This document shows, piece by piece, positions 13,686 through 24,454 of a stretch of 64,000 nucleotides of DNA. The position numbers and the translations under genes were made by a program. Origin of the DNA: a virus; IMG/VR virus record IMGVR_UViG_3300050343_000150, positions 27,748-91,747 of that record; one strand, given 5' to 3'. The first letter of the stretch is position 1. Each line of letters starts with the position of its first letter. The notes under the pieces were generated by a model. It made no database searches. It had not been told where the DNA came from and saw nothing but the letters and a program-made list of their open reading frames with translations.

Positions 13686-13823
13686 TCATCCATCTGACCA
13701 CAACGCTTTACATTCTCTACATTGCCAAATGTATAGGGTTTCTTTTGACCCTACTACTTTACCTTTAATTCGTCTAGGGATAGTTTCCCTAGAACAAAAG
13801 GAACAGGTTTTATGGAGAGCCAC
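13686..13823 (-). CDS. Small zinc-ribbon protein (45 aa)
   Basis: Hand-translated from GTG: MALHKTCSFC...WQCRECKALWSDG; two CxxC pairs. Confidence 0.6.
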   Translation of the reverse strand: MALHKTCSFCSRETIPRRIKGKVVGSKETLYIWQCRECKALWSDG

Positions 13824-13968
13824 TGCGACCACGTTCTTCGTCAATTAACGTATCCATGTACTCTTCAATAGTGCGTTCGGAATATTTTGAATTCCCGAAT
13901 GCAGCAAAGAATAACAAGGATATGATTATGACGAATACAATCCAACCTACTATTTCCCAAGTTGACAT
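13810..13968 (-). CDS. Small membrane protein (52 aa)
   Basis: Hand-translated MSTWEIVGWIVFVIIISLLFFAAFG...; one hydrophobic helix; overlaps neighbours. Confidence 0.6.
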   Translation of the reverse strand: MSTWEIVGWIVFVIIISLLFFAAFGNSKYSERTIEEYMDTLIDEERGRSGSP

Positions 13969-14561
13969 TACCAAATCACCTCCAATTCTTTCATTTCTTC
14001 TTTTTCAATGGAGAAACCTTTCACCATTTTATTTTCTTTTCCATGTACCCACAAATCATAAACTAATTCGCAGTCTTTTAAACAATAATCTGCTACTTCA
14101 GTAAATTTCCCTGCTTTCCAAACTAACGGTGCATCTGCACTATCCATTAATTTTTCTGCACCTAGTGTATGATGTACTAAATTAGAAAGACTATATCTTT
14201 CACCGTGTTGTTTGTTTAGAATTCTACTGGTATCAATATACGCTTTGTCATCTAAATATTCTTTAATACAATAAATATCCATTGCATTTTTTAGTACCGC
14301 TAAATCAAAGGCAACAATATTGTGTCCCAATAATATACCATCATTTTGCCTGTGGTCATCTAAATCAAATTTTAACTGTGATAGTGGTTTAACAGACACA
14401 TTTGATTTCCTAATAGATTTAATAGGTTCATCAATGTAAACTGTCCCTTGATTACCGTCCCATGTACATACAGTAGAAACTTGAAACATATGGGTATTTC
14501 CCCATCCACCAATCTCATGTGAATAGTTCTTGGTTTCAATATCTAATGCTAAAACATTCAT
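13968..14561 (-). CDS. DEDD/RNase H-like 3'-5' exonuclease
   Basis: LDIET (ExoI), GHNIVAFD (ExoII), YCLKD (ExoIII); likely start MNVLALDIE. Confidence 0.85.
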   Translation of the reverse strand: MNVLALDIETKNYSHEIGGWGNTHMFQVSTVCTWDGNQGTVYIDEPIKSIRKSNVSVKPLSQLKFDLDDHRQNDGILLGHNIVAFDLAVLKNAMDIYCIKEYLDDKAYIDTSRILNKQHGERYSLSNLVHHTLGAEKLMDSADAPLVWKAGKFTEVADYCLKDCELVYDLWVHGKENKMVKGFSIEKEEMKELEVIW

Positions 14562-14812
14562 TCTTCGCCACTGTCCCCTGCTGTCCAAAGATTTGCTAAC
14601 TTTTTAGCCTGTGCTTCGGCAGGATTAGGTGCTAAGAAAATATTAGGTTTAACCATCCATGCAACTAAGTGTTCACCCCCACCAACAGTTATCATAGTTG
14701 ACAAATACCAACCATCTTTCCCATATGTATTAAGGGATTCATTTATTATTTTCGGGCCATCGCTAACGTTAAACACCAAAAACTGATGCTCATATGTATC
14801 TTTTTTACTCAT
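14558..14812 (-). CDS. Small hypothetical protein (DUF4177-like)
   Basis: YEH...LNTYGKDGWYL pattern. Confidence 0.5.
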   Translation of the reverse strand: MSKKDTYEHQFLVFNVSDGPKIINESLNTYGKDGWYLSTMITVGGGEHLVAWMVKPNIFLAPNPAEAQAKKLANLWTAGDSGEE

Positions 14813-16298
14813 TTTTCTTTTCCTCCTTTACTTTCAAATATGTTCTTACTCCTATTTTTTTGTCCTCAAACATATGTGAAATTTCTTTGTACCATCTATA
14901 AATTGTAGATTGTCCCTTTTTAGTATCCTCTCTGACCATCTCCATTAACAGATTCTTGTTTACCCATCCTTCATCATCTCTTTTCTTTAACTTTTCGTAG
15001 GCTCTATAAAATGCTGCTTTATTAACTCGGTCGTGTAAAGCGTGGGTTTTAACCTTTAACGCTACGTCAAGCCACGACACCAGCGATTTATAGCATTGTC
15101 GAATGAGAGAAGATGCTTGTCGGACGTGTCTAGCAGTAACTATGTACCTTTTTGATTTGTCTTTTATGTTGGGTGCTTCTGCAATACAGCATAATATAGA
15201 GAACCTTACCATTGTCTGATTCATCCTAGTAATGAAGTTTCCAGCAATCTCAAAAACTTCAGGTCTACTATCAGAAATATAGTTTCTCATTTTATATGAT
15301 TCATTTTTTAGTGCATCATTATATCCTTTACCGAATTGAATTGTTGTTAAAGGGTCTTCACCATTTTCCTTGAACCTTTGATATAAATTATCATAAATTA
15401 TAACAAAATTTTCAGCGAATCTTTTTATTGGTGCTTCATTAGATTTGATAAATCCTACTTCATCTAATATTTGGTCACGTAGTTCATCTTGTACTTCTTG
15501 TGGGATTTCTTTAACAAACATAGTAGAACGTTGAGTTACACCCTTTTCTGCTACAACATTAGTTAATGTTTTAGGAATATAAGATGTAGCGTAAACACTG
15601 CGTTTACAGTCACATACAATTATATTACCATCCTTAAGTTTCTTTTTAATTAAGTATCCTTCTCCCCATAGAGTGTTCATTAGTTTATTCAAATACATAA
15701 CAACATTTTCCTTGTGTTGCGATTGTTTGAATACTCCTGAATATTCAAATTCATCATACGCAATCAAACCTTCACCTTGGAAACCACCGTTTATCTGAAC
15801 ATATTCTTCTTCGTATGTTATGTTACCATCATCATCTTCATGAGGAACTCTTTCTTTAGCAATTGAACCAATTAGAGCCGCATCAGTAGTATCGTCAACT
15901 CCGAACACATCGAAATCAGTACCATATTTACTATTAATTATCTTAAAGGTTTCATTTGTTACTGGCCCAAAGAAATTGTACATTTCCGATTTACCAGTAC
16001 CCGATGTCTGCAACCAAATGAAATGTATCCTAGTGTCATCCCTTCTTCTACCACTTGGGATTGCAACCATATCTTTACACAGTTGTCCTAATAATACATA
16101 GAAACCAATTGTTGCAGGTATTTCATTATATTTAGAAACCTCAACTGCACTTTTAACATATTCTTCTACGATTTTAGGTAGAGAGTTATCTGTTTTTCTA
16201 TCACGTGGAATTATCGGAACGGCATCATTTGTTAGTCCTTCGTAGTATAATCTATCTTCATCATCACTTGTATATATATCATCATATTCATTATTCAT
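14805..16298 (-). CDS. AAA+ ATPase, MCM-like replicative helicase candidate
   Basis: Walker A SGTGKS, 'AALIGS' like MCM h2i region, Walker B IAYDEFE, 'ARHVRQA' lid, C-terminal winged-helix-like segment. Confidence 0.65.
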   Translation of the reverse strand: MNNEYDDIYTSDDEDRLYYEGLTNDAVPIIPRDRKTDNSLPKIVEEYVKSAVEVSKYNEIPATIGFYVLLGQLCKDMVAIPSGRRRDDTRIHFIWLQTSGTGKSEMYNFFGPVTNETFKIINSKYGTDFDVFGVDDTTDAALIGSIAKERVPHEDDDGNITYEEEYVQINGGFQGEGLIAYDEFEYSGVFKQSQHKENVVMYLNKLMNTLWGEGYLIKKKLKDGNIIVCDCKRSVYATSYIPKTLTNVVAEKGVTQRSTMFVKEIPQEVQDELRDQILDEVGFIKSNEAPIKRFAENFVIIYDNLYQRFKENGEDPLTTIQFGKGYNDALKNESYKMRNYISDSRPEVFEIAGNFITRMNQTMVRFSILCCIAEAPNIKDKSKRYIVTARHVRQASSLIRQCYKSLVSWLDVALKVKTHALHDRVNKAAFYRAYEKLKKRDDEGWVNKNLLMEMVREDTKKGQSTIYRWYKEISHMFEDKKIGVRTYLKVKEEKKNE

Positions 16299-17000
16299 TT
16301 ATATCACCATTTTATCTTCGGAGTTTAATACTCCTAGTATTCTTTTTGCTAGGACATTACCAAGTCCCTCTATCTCACTTATTTCTTCTATCGAAGCCTC
16401 GCCTACTTCCATTATAGAACCAAACTTCTTAATTAACAACTTTGCCTTCTTTGGACTTATACCCTTGATAGTACAAAGTACATCTATACGTAAATCAGTA
16501 GTAGAAATTTTCTTTCTAACTAGACTTGGCGTATGAATTTCTCTATCTATTGGTTGCATTTTAGATACAACCGATATGAGCCGACCTGCCTCCTTAGCAC
16601 TGTTAACCCATATAACACTACAATCAGTGTCTAATATTATTTTACCAAATGCCCCATCAAACTTATTTCTAAGTAAACGTGCTTGGTTTCCTCTATTTTT
16701 TGTTACCTTAACAAAGGTAAGATAATTTTCTATTGCTTCGGAAAAAGTACCATATACTATTACTACATTGTTCAAGAATGTAGCATCCATGTTATCTATC
16801 TGATTCCATAACCGTTTGTTTATTACTGATTGTAGAAAGTCAAAAGACGACTTGGCTTCAAAACATACATTTGCAAAAACATAATCACCTACATCTAACC
16901 ACATCTTTTCATATGGTATGTTTAACATTTCACAGTTTCTTATTACATGTTCTGTTAGTTCTGAATTTTCCCTACTATCAATTTTAAGTACTTCCATCAT
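16299..17000 (-). CDS. ERCC4/XPF (Hef-like) structure-specific nuclease with HhH
   Basis: IDSRE, GDYV, EAKS..DF..S...RL.NQ, and two HhH motifs (IKGIS, IEGLG). Confidence 0.85.
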   Translation of the reverse strand: MMEVLKIDSRENSELTEHVIRNCEMLNIPYEKMWLDVGDYVFANVCFEAKSSFDFLQSVINKRLWNQIDNMDATFLNNVVIVYGTFSEAIENYLTFVKVTKNRGNQARLLRNKFDGAFGKIILDTDCSVIWVNSAKEAGRLISVVSKMQPIDREIHTPSLVRKKISTTDLRIDVLCTIKGISPKKAKLLIKKFGSIMEVGEASIEEISEIEGLGNVLAKRILGVLNSEDKMVI

Positions 17001-18000
17001 AATACCTCCAACATTTCCCTACACAATATCCTTGTGGGATAAGAACGTTAGTACAACTAGGTGCATTGTATCCTTTTTCAACTATACCCCTAACATATTT
17101 TCTACTTGTCCTAACATCCCAATCCAACCACACATCTTCTTGATTAGACAGTATTTCCAACTCAGACATTATAGTGTTAGTTATTTCTTCATTCTGCTCG
17201 GAGGATACGTTTCTGTTACCTAAACTTAGTAAGTCTCTGAACCACTGAACTAAGTATACTCTAGCATAATGACTAGGGTTCTCTACCATGACAGCATTAT
17301 GTAAGCAGGGTAACATAGGTAATCTACCTACTGGTTTTGGTATTTCTATGTCTATGTCATCCATAGATATAGGTTTCATTTCAGGAAAGACTACTAATTT
17401 TGTACCATGAGAACTTTGTATTCTTCTAGGTTTCTTAGCCATTGTTAATATTTCGGATAGGTCTTTTCTTAGGTCATCAACTAACAAAGGAATACAGAAA
17501 TATGGATTACCATTTTCATCTGAACTACTAAGATTCATCGAATTAGGAAGCCTACGTAGTCTATTAGTTTGAATACCTGTCCTATCCAATGTAGGAATAT
17601 CTTCACTGATTGAGGAATAATACTGTTGAATGCCCCGGATATCATTTACTTGTTCACCAAAGACAAAGACATGGAATCCTTTACCACTAAAATACATTTT
17701 GAATATGATATCTCCTTCTATTAATTTCGATACTACCTTCTTTACGTCTCGATATGCATTATCTAATGGTTCATCATGTGCATCAAAATCTAAGAAAGCC
17801 CTGTCTAATATGACAGAATATTCTAATTTTATCCCATTACTAAAATCACTAAAATCATAAACAGTTGTGTAACAATTCATCTTTCCATTGAACAGATTAA
17901 ACCATTCAATAAATTCATTTTTTGTCTGTACTATCTTTCTTTTCATCTGTGGTGCGTTTCTTAGATGGCTTCCTGCCCACACTTCTCTTGGTATCTTCAT
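16984..18000 (-). CDS. Archaeo-eukaryotic primase, catalytic domain fused to PriL-type Fe-S C-terminal domain
   Basis: FLDFD, SGKGFH, RLRRLPNS; C-terminal LPC...H.AR...Y..PSC...GYCVGKC. Confidence 0.85.
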   Translation of the reverse strand: MKIPREVWAGSHLRNAPQMKRKIVQTKNEFIEWFNLFNGKMNCYTTVYDFSDFSNGIKLEYSVILDRAFLDFDAHDEPLDNAYRDVKKVVSKLIEGDIIFKMYFSGKGFHVFVFGEQVNDIRGIQQYYSSISEDIPTLDRTGIQTNRLRRLPNSMNLSSSDENGNPYFCIPLLVDDLRKDLSEILTMAKKPRRIQSSHGTKLVVFPEMKPISMDDIDIEIPKPVGRLPMLPCLHNAVMVENPSHYARVYLVQWFRDLLSLGNRNVSSEQNEEITNTIMSELEILSNQEDVWLDWDVRTSRKYVRGIVEKGYNAPSCTNVLIPQGYCVGKCWRYYDGST

Positions 18001-18289
18001 TTTTATTTTCCTCCTTAAATGAGACTTTTGCTTTGAGCAATTCTGCTCTAACAATCTCTGCTATTTTTATTCTTAATTCTGCCATAATAGTATCCATATA
18101 CAAATGGCCGAAGGGCGTTCTTTCTTCTGCGAAAACTTCTGTGTCCCATACTAATTTTATTTTTTCAGTTGTTGGCATTTTGTCATAAACAGTTTGTGCT
18201 AAATTCTCTACTGTTTCTGACACGTTTGCAATCTCCGAAAAAGACCACACCTTTTGATTCAATTCTTGTTTAACTAATTCTTCTATCAT
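17915..18289 (-). CDS. Hypothetical protein
   Basis: ORF with upstream GAGG, in operon-like run. Confidence 0.55.
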   Translation of the reverse strand: MIEELVKQELNQKVWSFSEIANVSETVENLAQTVYDKMPTTEKIKLVWDTEVFAEERTPFGHLYMDTIMAELRIKIAEIVRAELLKAKVSFKEENKNEDTKRSVGRKPSKKRTTDEKKDSTDKK

Positions 18290-18418
18290 TTTTTATTCCT
18301 CTCTCTATATTCTTTCTTTCTTCTAAAATATTCTTTCCACTTCATTTTCTCCACCTCTTAATTGTAGTAGATACTTTTCCTATGAAATATATTATTCGCA
18401 CTGTCCATGTACCTTTCA

Positions 18419-19318
18419 TTAAAACCAACTCTCCATATTAGCCGCATCACATATCCCAAAGAAACTACAATTAGCACATGTTTTAGCAAAATACTTTGCT
18501 GAAAATATACCCGTCTCATATGAATGTAAAAGTTGCGCTATGTTCTTTTTTAGGGAAGACATACTACTCTTTTTTACCTTCTCAATATGTATGTAGTTAG
18601 CAGCCGGATAATACCAGCCCCAATGTGATATTGGTATTTCGGGGTCTAATCCCATTGCTATCAATTTATCCTCAGGTGTATTTTCAAATAACAATTGGTA
18701 GAATGCCATTTCTTTCCTCATCATGGTAGTTTTCCAATCTTTCCACCCACCTGTTTTCAACTCCATTGGTATGTACATGTTACCCTCTTGAAACATTCTA
18801 TCAATAATACCTTGCAAATGTACTACGTAGTCTTGCTTCAATTCAAACTTAGGGTGTGTATTTTTATCTATCACAACCTTCGCATCTAACATTATTTCAT
18901 TAATTACTGGTAGAAACTTATCGGTTGTTCCTTCTGTAACAGATTCCATAAACCTATTCGCCTCGAAAATTGACATGGCTTCATACATTTCTGTGTTATC
19001 GTCAATTGGATGCAAACTCATACAATAGTTGATTAACTCATTATGTGATAGAGATTCTGCTTTTTTAACATCAAAGGTATTAAAGAAATCTTCTCTAGCA
19101 TTATGCACTAAAGTACCTATCAACATAACTGGCGTTGAATCTATTGGTAGTCCTTCTTTATATTGAAACTCATATCTTTTAGGACACCAATTATATGAAC
19201 CCATAGAAGATTTAGATATCTTCAGAATAGGTTCTGTTCGTTTAGCATCATCACTTGTGTAAGTTTCAGGATTCCACTGATATGTATATTCATTTGTGTT
19301 ACTACTTCTTCTACTCAT
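18419..19318 (-). CDS. Cas4/RecB-like PD-(D/E)XK exonuclease
   Basis: CPKRY...GIIDR...ELKTG...CANC...C four-Cys staple; standalone, no CRISPR array seen. Confidence 0.85.
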   Translation of the reverse strand: MSRRSSNTNEYTYQWNPETYTSDDAKRTEPILKISKSSMGSYNWCPKRYEFQYKEGLPIDSTPVMLIGTLVHNAREDFFNTFDVKKAESLSHNELINYCMSLHPIDDNTEMYEAMSIFEANRFMESVTEGTTDKFLPVINEIMLDAKVVIDKNTHPKFELKQDYVVHLQGIIDRMFQEGNMYIPMELKTGGWKDWKTTMMRKEMAFYQLLFENTPEDKLIAMGLDPEIPISHWGWYYPAANYIHIEKVKKSSMSSLKKNIAQLLHSYETGIFSAKYFAKTCANCSFFGICDAANMESWF

Positions 19319-19745
19319 TTTTATTCCTCTGTGTCATTACTTTTGTTAAATCTTGCATAAAGATATTCATGCAATCAACACATGTACAATCTTTACTATG
19401 TTGTTTAATTTCAACAACGGTAGTATTCATTTTTTTCGCTTCTTCGATTAGATTTGAAGGAGGTTTTGATATAAGTGTAATTACACCTTTATCATAAGTC
19501 AATCCAATATATTCTCTTGAATCAAAGAATATATTTTGTTTCTTATCACGATTAACTATTACTGTTTTATTTTTTCTAGATGATAGTTTTGTTTTAACCT
19601 TACCAATATCAGACTTAATTTCTTTTTTATAGAAAGAAAACCAGTCTTTAATCCATGTTGAAAAAGAAGATGTGCGTTTTTTTATATTATCCACTCTTCT
19701 CTTATTAGTCCATGATAGACTACTGTATAAATTATCTAAAACCAT
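19311..19745 (-). CDS. Hypothetical protein
   Basis: ORF overlapping neighbours; H..DCTCVDC motif. Confidence 0.5.
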   Translation of the reverse strand: MVLDNLYSSLSWTNKRRVDNIKKRTSSFSTWIKDWFSFYKKEIKSDIGKVKTKLSSRKNKTVIVNRDKKQNIFFDSREYIGLTYDKGVITLISKPPSNLIEEAKKMNTTVVEIKQHSKDCTCVDCMNIFMQDLTKVMTQRNKNE

Positions 19746-20617
19746 TCTTCCAAACTCCTTTGATTAACGTCTCGCATAATTTGTAGTGTGTTCCATCCCA
19801 TTGCATTGAATACTGGTTCAGCCTTTTTAACGACTGATTCAGCATAATGTCTCCAATCAGGAGTAAACTGATTGAATTTATCTGCCGTTAATAGTGAAAT
19901 ATAGTTAGGAACAACTGTTTTACCAGTTATTGGATTATAGTAATTATTGTTACAATCCTTGATTCTAATATAAAGATAAGAATCTTCTATTGGTTCATAT
20001 CCTAATTTATGGTTGAATAGTACACCTTCAATACCCGAACCAATTGTGGGTCTTTTTCCACCAATAGTTTGGAAGGACTTGGGTGCAGCACAACATTCTT
20101 CTTCCATTAATTCAAAAATTGTACTTGTCTTTCTACAATTTTGACAGACAACCTTAAATCTTTCTTCGCGATATCTACTTCGCTTGATAATATCTGATAA
20201 TGGTATCTGTCCATGCATAACAGAATTATATTTCTCATTTAAGTAAGAAACTATTTCTTGTTCAGGTATATTGTTAACCCATTTTTTGAGAAGACTGATT
20301 TGCGTTTCCTTGGCTAATTTAGTTGAAGAAACTCTTTTAGCAGTGAAACCTGTCATAACAAATTCCTCTTCTTCTAAGAAGTCCCCATCTTTCCAAGTAA
20401 TTAACCCTGCATTTCTATTTTTAGTAGCCCCTACACCTAATGATTTGAAGTATTTTTCAAATTCTAAGGTTACAGGATGTTCTTTCAGACCCATAACATT
20501 GGGAAATAGTTCTCTAACATGTTCATTTAACACTACTAGTGCTTTTTCGGCAGTTTCAATGTTATTATCTTCTATTTTTACATAAATAGAATCAGTATGT
20601 CCATACACTACCTTCAT
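19736..20617 (-). CDS. polB: Family B DNA polymerase, C-terminal subunit (motif C, thumb)
   Basis: YGHTDS motif C variant, LEFEK, KNRNAG, Zn-finger insertion CQNC...CC. Confidence 0.85.
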   Translation of the reverse strand: MKVVYGHTDSIYVKIEDNNIETAEKALVVLNEHVRELFPNVMGLKEHPVTLEFEKYFKSLGVGATKNRNAGLITWKDGDFLEEEEFVMTGFTAKRVSSTKLAKETQISLLKKWVNNIPEQEIVSYLNEKYNSVMHGQIPLSDIIKRSRYREERFKVVCQNCRKTSTIFELMEEECCAAPKSFQTIGGKRPTIGSGIEGVLFNHKLGYEPIEDSYLYIRIKDCNNNYYNPITGKTVVPNYISLLTADKFNQFTPDWRHYAESVVKKAEPVFNAMGWNTLQIMRDVNQRSLEEWF

Positions 20618-20820
20618 ATTAAGTTCACATCCTGTAATAGTGATATCGCACCATATAAAAAGATAAAAACGATAGAAATCTTTGTAAATATTCTAAATAC
20701 AGTATTAATATCTTTAAAAATCTGAATTGCTATCTGTTTTCTTAGTTCAAAAGGAGATAATTCTTCTTTTTCTTCTAAAAGAGACTCAGATAATTTTATT
20801 TCTGCGGTTTCAATAGGCAT
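20614..20820 (-). CDS. Small membrane protein between the two PolB halves
   Basis: Clean 68-aa ORF with C-terminal hydrophobic helix; abuts both polB parts. Confidence 0.65.
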   Translation of the reverse strand: MPIETAEIKLSESLLEEKEELSPFELRKQIAIQIFKDINTVFRIFTKISIVFIFLYGAISLLQDVNLI

Positions 20821-22553
20821 TTATATCCCTCACTTTGAAAGCGGCGGCTCTGATTGCTTCTCTAGCACTAGCAGTAATACTAGCGGCTAAATCAACATTG
20901 GCCCAACCAAATCCCTGATACGCAATAATACCGTAGAAAGATGCAGATCAAGCCGTTTTACTGCTAACTGATTATTATTCCATTTAATGTATTCATCTTT
21001 AGTTGTTGCTTCTTTCATCTTTTTCTTATACTCGTTTCTTAAATCTTTAAGTTCAAGAACGGCTTTAGGTAGTACAGACCTAATTTGTCTGTTTTGTAAT
21101 ATCATCATCTCTTCTCTAGTAACTTCACTAGAAATCTTTAGGTATTTTTATATTAACACCAAACTCTGTTACTACGTCTGGATTTAGTCTCCCATGAAAT
21201 ATTTCGTGCTATCATCATAGAGGATATAGTCCAGCAAAGTCAAATGCGGCTACACCCTGATGGAGTCCATTAGTACCCTCACTCAATGGGTCATATACCA
21301 TTGCCCCATCATAGTTTATTCTGTCACCTTTCCTCCCCCGTAGGTGCTTTCCAAGTAGCATTACGCATGAAATATATTCCTCCCATGTTGCTTGCATAGA
21401 AACATGCATCAAATGGTGCTTTCAATAATCGTTGTAATGAGAGAACAGCGTCAACACAATGATTCTATTCATCAATTCTTTTGATTAACTCAACATCCTT
21501 GAAAGCATATTCTAGATAGGTATCTGAATCTTCTAACCATGCCCTTCTAAAGAACTCATTCTTATCAGGAAACTTCTCACTTACTAACTTAACATCACCA
21601 AGTACACTTTCTGAAACATAGTCCAAAGAAAGTGAAGGTAAAGTTCCACGTTGAGCATCATTCCATTGTCGCTCGAACACTAAATCAAGTGCTACTGTAA
21701 TCATACCTTTAATTGGTTGAGATACAGGAGAGTAACCTTCTACTCTTGACTTCCATATAGTTGGCTTGTTCTTCTTCCAACCAATACCAGTTATCTCATC
21801 AAATGGAGATAGTAGTCTTGGGTCTATTCCATGATGTACCATTCTAGTCAATAGTACAGGTATGTCGAACTTCCATCCAAACCATGAGATAAGCATATCA
21901 GGTTCTTTGTCCATAGCAAATGCTAGAAATCCTGTAAGCATATTATGCTCTCCTGTATATCTATGAAGAATGAAGTTATCATTATCTTTCAATACTACAT
22001 GTTTCCTAGCCTCTGAAAGATCAGGATACCAAGCAAATACATGATACTCATCATCATAGTTATCGTATATTACAATACAAGTAATTGCTTCATCATACTT
22101 ACCACCTTGTTGCCATTCCATATCCCAATACCATCTACGTAAGTTTTGTTCAGGTATTTCTTTTACTTCATCGACTGCATATCTATAATGATGTTGAACA
22201 TCACCCTCATATGTTTTCATACCTCTAGCCTCTAGAACTATTCTTACATCTTTAGCATATTTAGGATGTTTGGGTTGCCAAGTTACTTTGACTAGTTCTT
22301 CATTATCTAAGTTAACCCAATCACCATTCGTATAACTTACAACTAACTTGTAGTGTGAGTTTGCTCCACCCCACTTTTCCTTGAGATATATATCTTCATT
22401 TAACTTATTATCTTGGTCAGGACTAAATACGTCAACTGCTCTAACAAAGAAATACGGAGAGAAGTCGTCATGAGAAATTGTATTCTCACAACGTACTCCT
22501 TCTACGTCTCTCCATCTAAGATGGATGCCTTGTTCTGTATCTGTAATTATCAT
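20821..22553 (-). CDS. polB: Family B DNA polymerase, N-terminal subunit (exonuclease, motifs A and B); internal frameshifts
   Basis: WDME, FGWKFD, YAFKD exonuclease motifs; FDFAGLYP motif A; QLAVKRL.ASFYG motif B; ends ...AREAIRAAAFKVRDI* at 20821. Confidence 0.85.
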
Positions 22554-22557
22554 TTTA

Positions 22558-23322
22558 TCATCCTGTAATATACGGTGCTTTAATTAAGATTTTATTCTCT
22601 GCTGTCCAAATAACAGGAGACTCATCTTTTAGATAAATTGTGACTGGTACAATACCACGAAAGAATTTGTGGAACTGTCCTGTTACCTCAACCGTAGATG
22701 GGTCGCCTTCTATGTTTAGATGATTTAATTCTGTTACAATTTTATCAACAGATGATGCACCTTTTTGACTACCTAGAGTTAATGTATTACCATTGTAATC
22801 AAATAGATATCTAGCATTGTTAATAGTGTCACATCTTTTTACTGCATCTGTAAGGAAGGAAGAAGATGTATTGATTATTGTTTCAAAGGTTACATTACTA
22901 AACACGGGACTTTCCTGTGTAATATTATATCCTTGAATCCTAGCAATCATTGCAGAATTAGGATGATGTAATACTATCGGAAGTGTTGCTGTACTAACAC
23001 CATCCGACAGTACAATATAATCATCAATATCTAATAGAGTGGTTTCGTTATATGTTTTAAGATATGTTAACATCTTATCAATTTCAACCACAGTCATAGA
23101 CTGTTCTGCTCCACCTAACCATTCATCTACATTTATGATAACTCTACATAACGTAGTCATGTCAGCGTTGTATAATGCTAGTTGTGTTTCACCAACCATT
23201 TCTAACATTGCATAATTTGAAAGTTCACTGTTTTTAGCAGACTCCCCATTATGATACTTGCCTTTCATTTGTACATCTTGTAGTGCTTCACTCAATACTT
23301 TTGTCATTATTCTCATTTTCAT
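22558..23322 (-). CDS. pcn: PCNA-like sliding clamp
   Basis: 254 aa, two-domain clamp-like pattern, C-terminal 'ILIKAP', adjacent to polB. Confidence 0.65.
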   Translation of the reverse strand: MKMRIMTKVLSEALQDVQMKGKYHNGESAKNSELSNYAMLEMVGETQLALYNADMTTLCRVIINVDEWLGGAEQSMTVVEIDKMLTYLKTYNETTLLDIDDYIVLSDGVSTATLPIVLHHPNSAMIARIQGYNITQESPVFSNVTFETIINTSSSFLTDAVKRCDTINNARYLFDYNGNTLTLGSQKGASSVDKIVTELNHLNIEGDPSTVEVTGQFHKFFRGIVPVTIYLKDESPVIWTAENKILIKAPYITG

Positions 23323-23334
23323 ATTTATTCCTCA

Positions 23335-24207
23335 TTATATTTCACCCGCCTTAATTTCGGGGAAACCAATCCATTCAACCGTACCATCGTTTATTGACAA
23401 TACTTTTCTTCTTTTACCAATCAACTGTGGCATTTTAGCACTAGCCTCAACTGTTGCAGTATATTCTGCTCCGTTTTTACGTAAGTCCCTTTTCATTCTA
23501 ATTGTAGCAGTAAAGATATCTTCAGTCGTAGAATGCCAATTTGCTTCTACTCCAATAGGATTTGGTGTGCCACCATATTTATCTTTAGAATGTGCTATTA
23601 CTATTCTATGACACGGCATTTCTAATATTTGCTTGTGTAAGAAGTTCTTGTAGGGAGTATTTCTATCTCCCCAAACATACGGAGGTTGCTTAATTACTGT
23701 GTCAGCATCCATCTTGTGTTTATTTCGCATATATGTTTCACATACATCAGTTAGAAGTTTATCTGCTCCGTCAACTATTACTGCTTTTAACTTATCATCG
23801 GCAAGATATTCTTTTGCTAATGCATAAAAAGCCCTAGCGTTATCCATAGTTTCATCGAAGTCTACTAAACTCTCATCTTTCCTAACAATAGGATTGTACA
23901 CAATAATATTTTCTATATTATTATAGTGGTTTCTTTTGACATCGATTGCTCTATTATCAAAATCAAATATTAATACATGCATTCCGTTTTTGATATCTTC
24001 TTCTGTTAAGATATCCATAGCCGTTGCTGACTTTGCAGATTTAGGTTCACCCCAAATACCTAAGCACAGGTACGATTTATTATTCTCCTGTACTTCCTTT
24101 ATCCTAGCCAACATTGCTTTCTTTCGAAGAGCATAGTTTCCTTCTGCGTTCTGTTGTGTGTTTACTGCTGTTTTACCTTGTGTTTCCCAACTCATATTTA
24201 TCACCAT
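23335..24207 (-). CDS. RecA-fold ATPase (Sak4/RadA-like recombination protein)
   Basis: Walker A GEPKSAKS, FDFD, Walker B VIVDG, VIAH. Confidence 0.7.
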   Translation of the reverse strand: MVINMSWETQGKTAVNTQQNAEGNYALRKKAMLARIKEVQENNKSYLCLGIWGEPKSAKSATAMDILTEEDIKNGMHVLIFDFDNRAIDVKRNHYNNIENIIVYNPIVRKDESLVDFDETMDNARAFYALAKEYLADDKLKAVIVDGADKLLTDVCETYMRNKHKMDADTVIKQPPYVWGDRNTPYKNFLHKQILEMPCHRIVIAHSKDKYGGTPNPIGVEANWHSTTEDIFTATIRMKRDLRKNGAEYTATVEASAKMPQLIGKRRKVLSINDGTVEWIGFPEIKAGEI

Positions 24208-24445
24208 ATTTATTCATATTAAATTGAATCCCTCTCCATACCCCCAATATATGGTTGAGTTCATCGATAGTTACTTTTAACCGGACATCCTTCTGACTGA
24301 AATGTAATTTACACCAGTACTCAGAAGTTTCTCCATTGAATTTCCATGTGATGAAATCCACGTTCTCCATAGGGATAGCATAACTAACCCCATGAAGAGT
24401 CATGGATTCACCATCAGGACTCATTGATATTGTATATTCAGACAT
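24173..24445 (-). CDS. Small hypothetical protein (paralog family with 33833 and 40780)
   Basis: IPMENVDFITWK...YWCKLHF pattern. Confidence 0.55.
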   Translation of the reverse strand: MSEYTISMSPDGESMTLHGVSYAIPMENVDFITWKFNGETSEYWCKLHFSQKDVRLKVTIDELNHILGVWRGIQFNMNKYGDKYELGNTR

Positions 24446-24454
24446 TATAATCCC

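Noticed and set aside
20614-20823. Intein or intron at the PolB split
   Set aside because: No intein terminal residues or splicing structure; the intervening ORF is a simple membrane peptide
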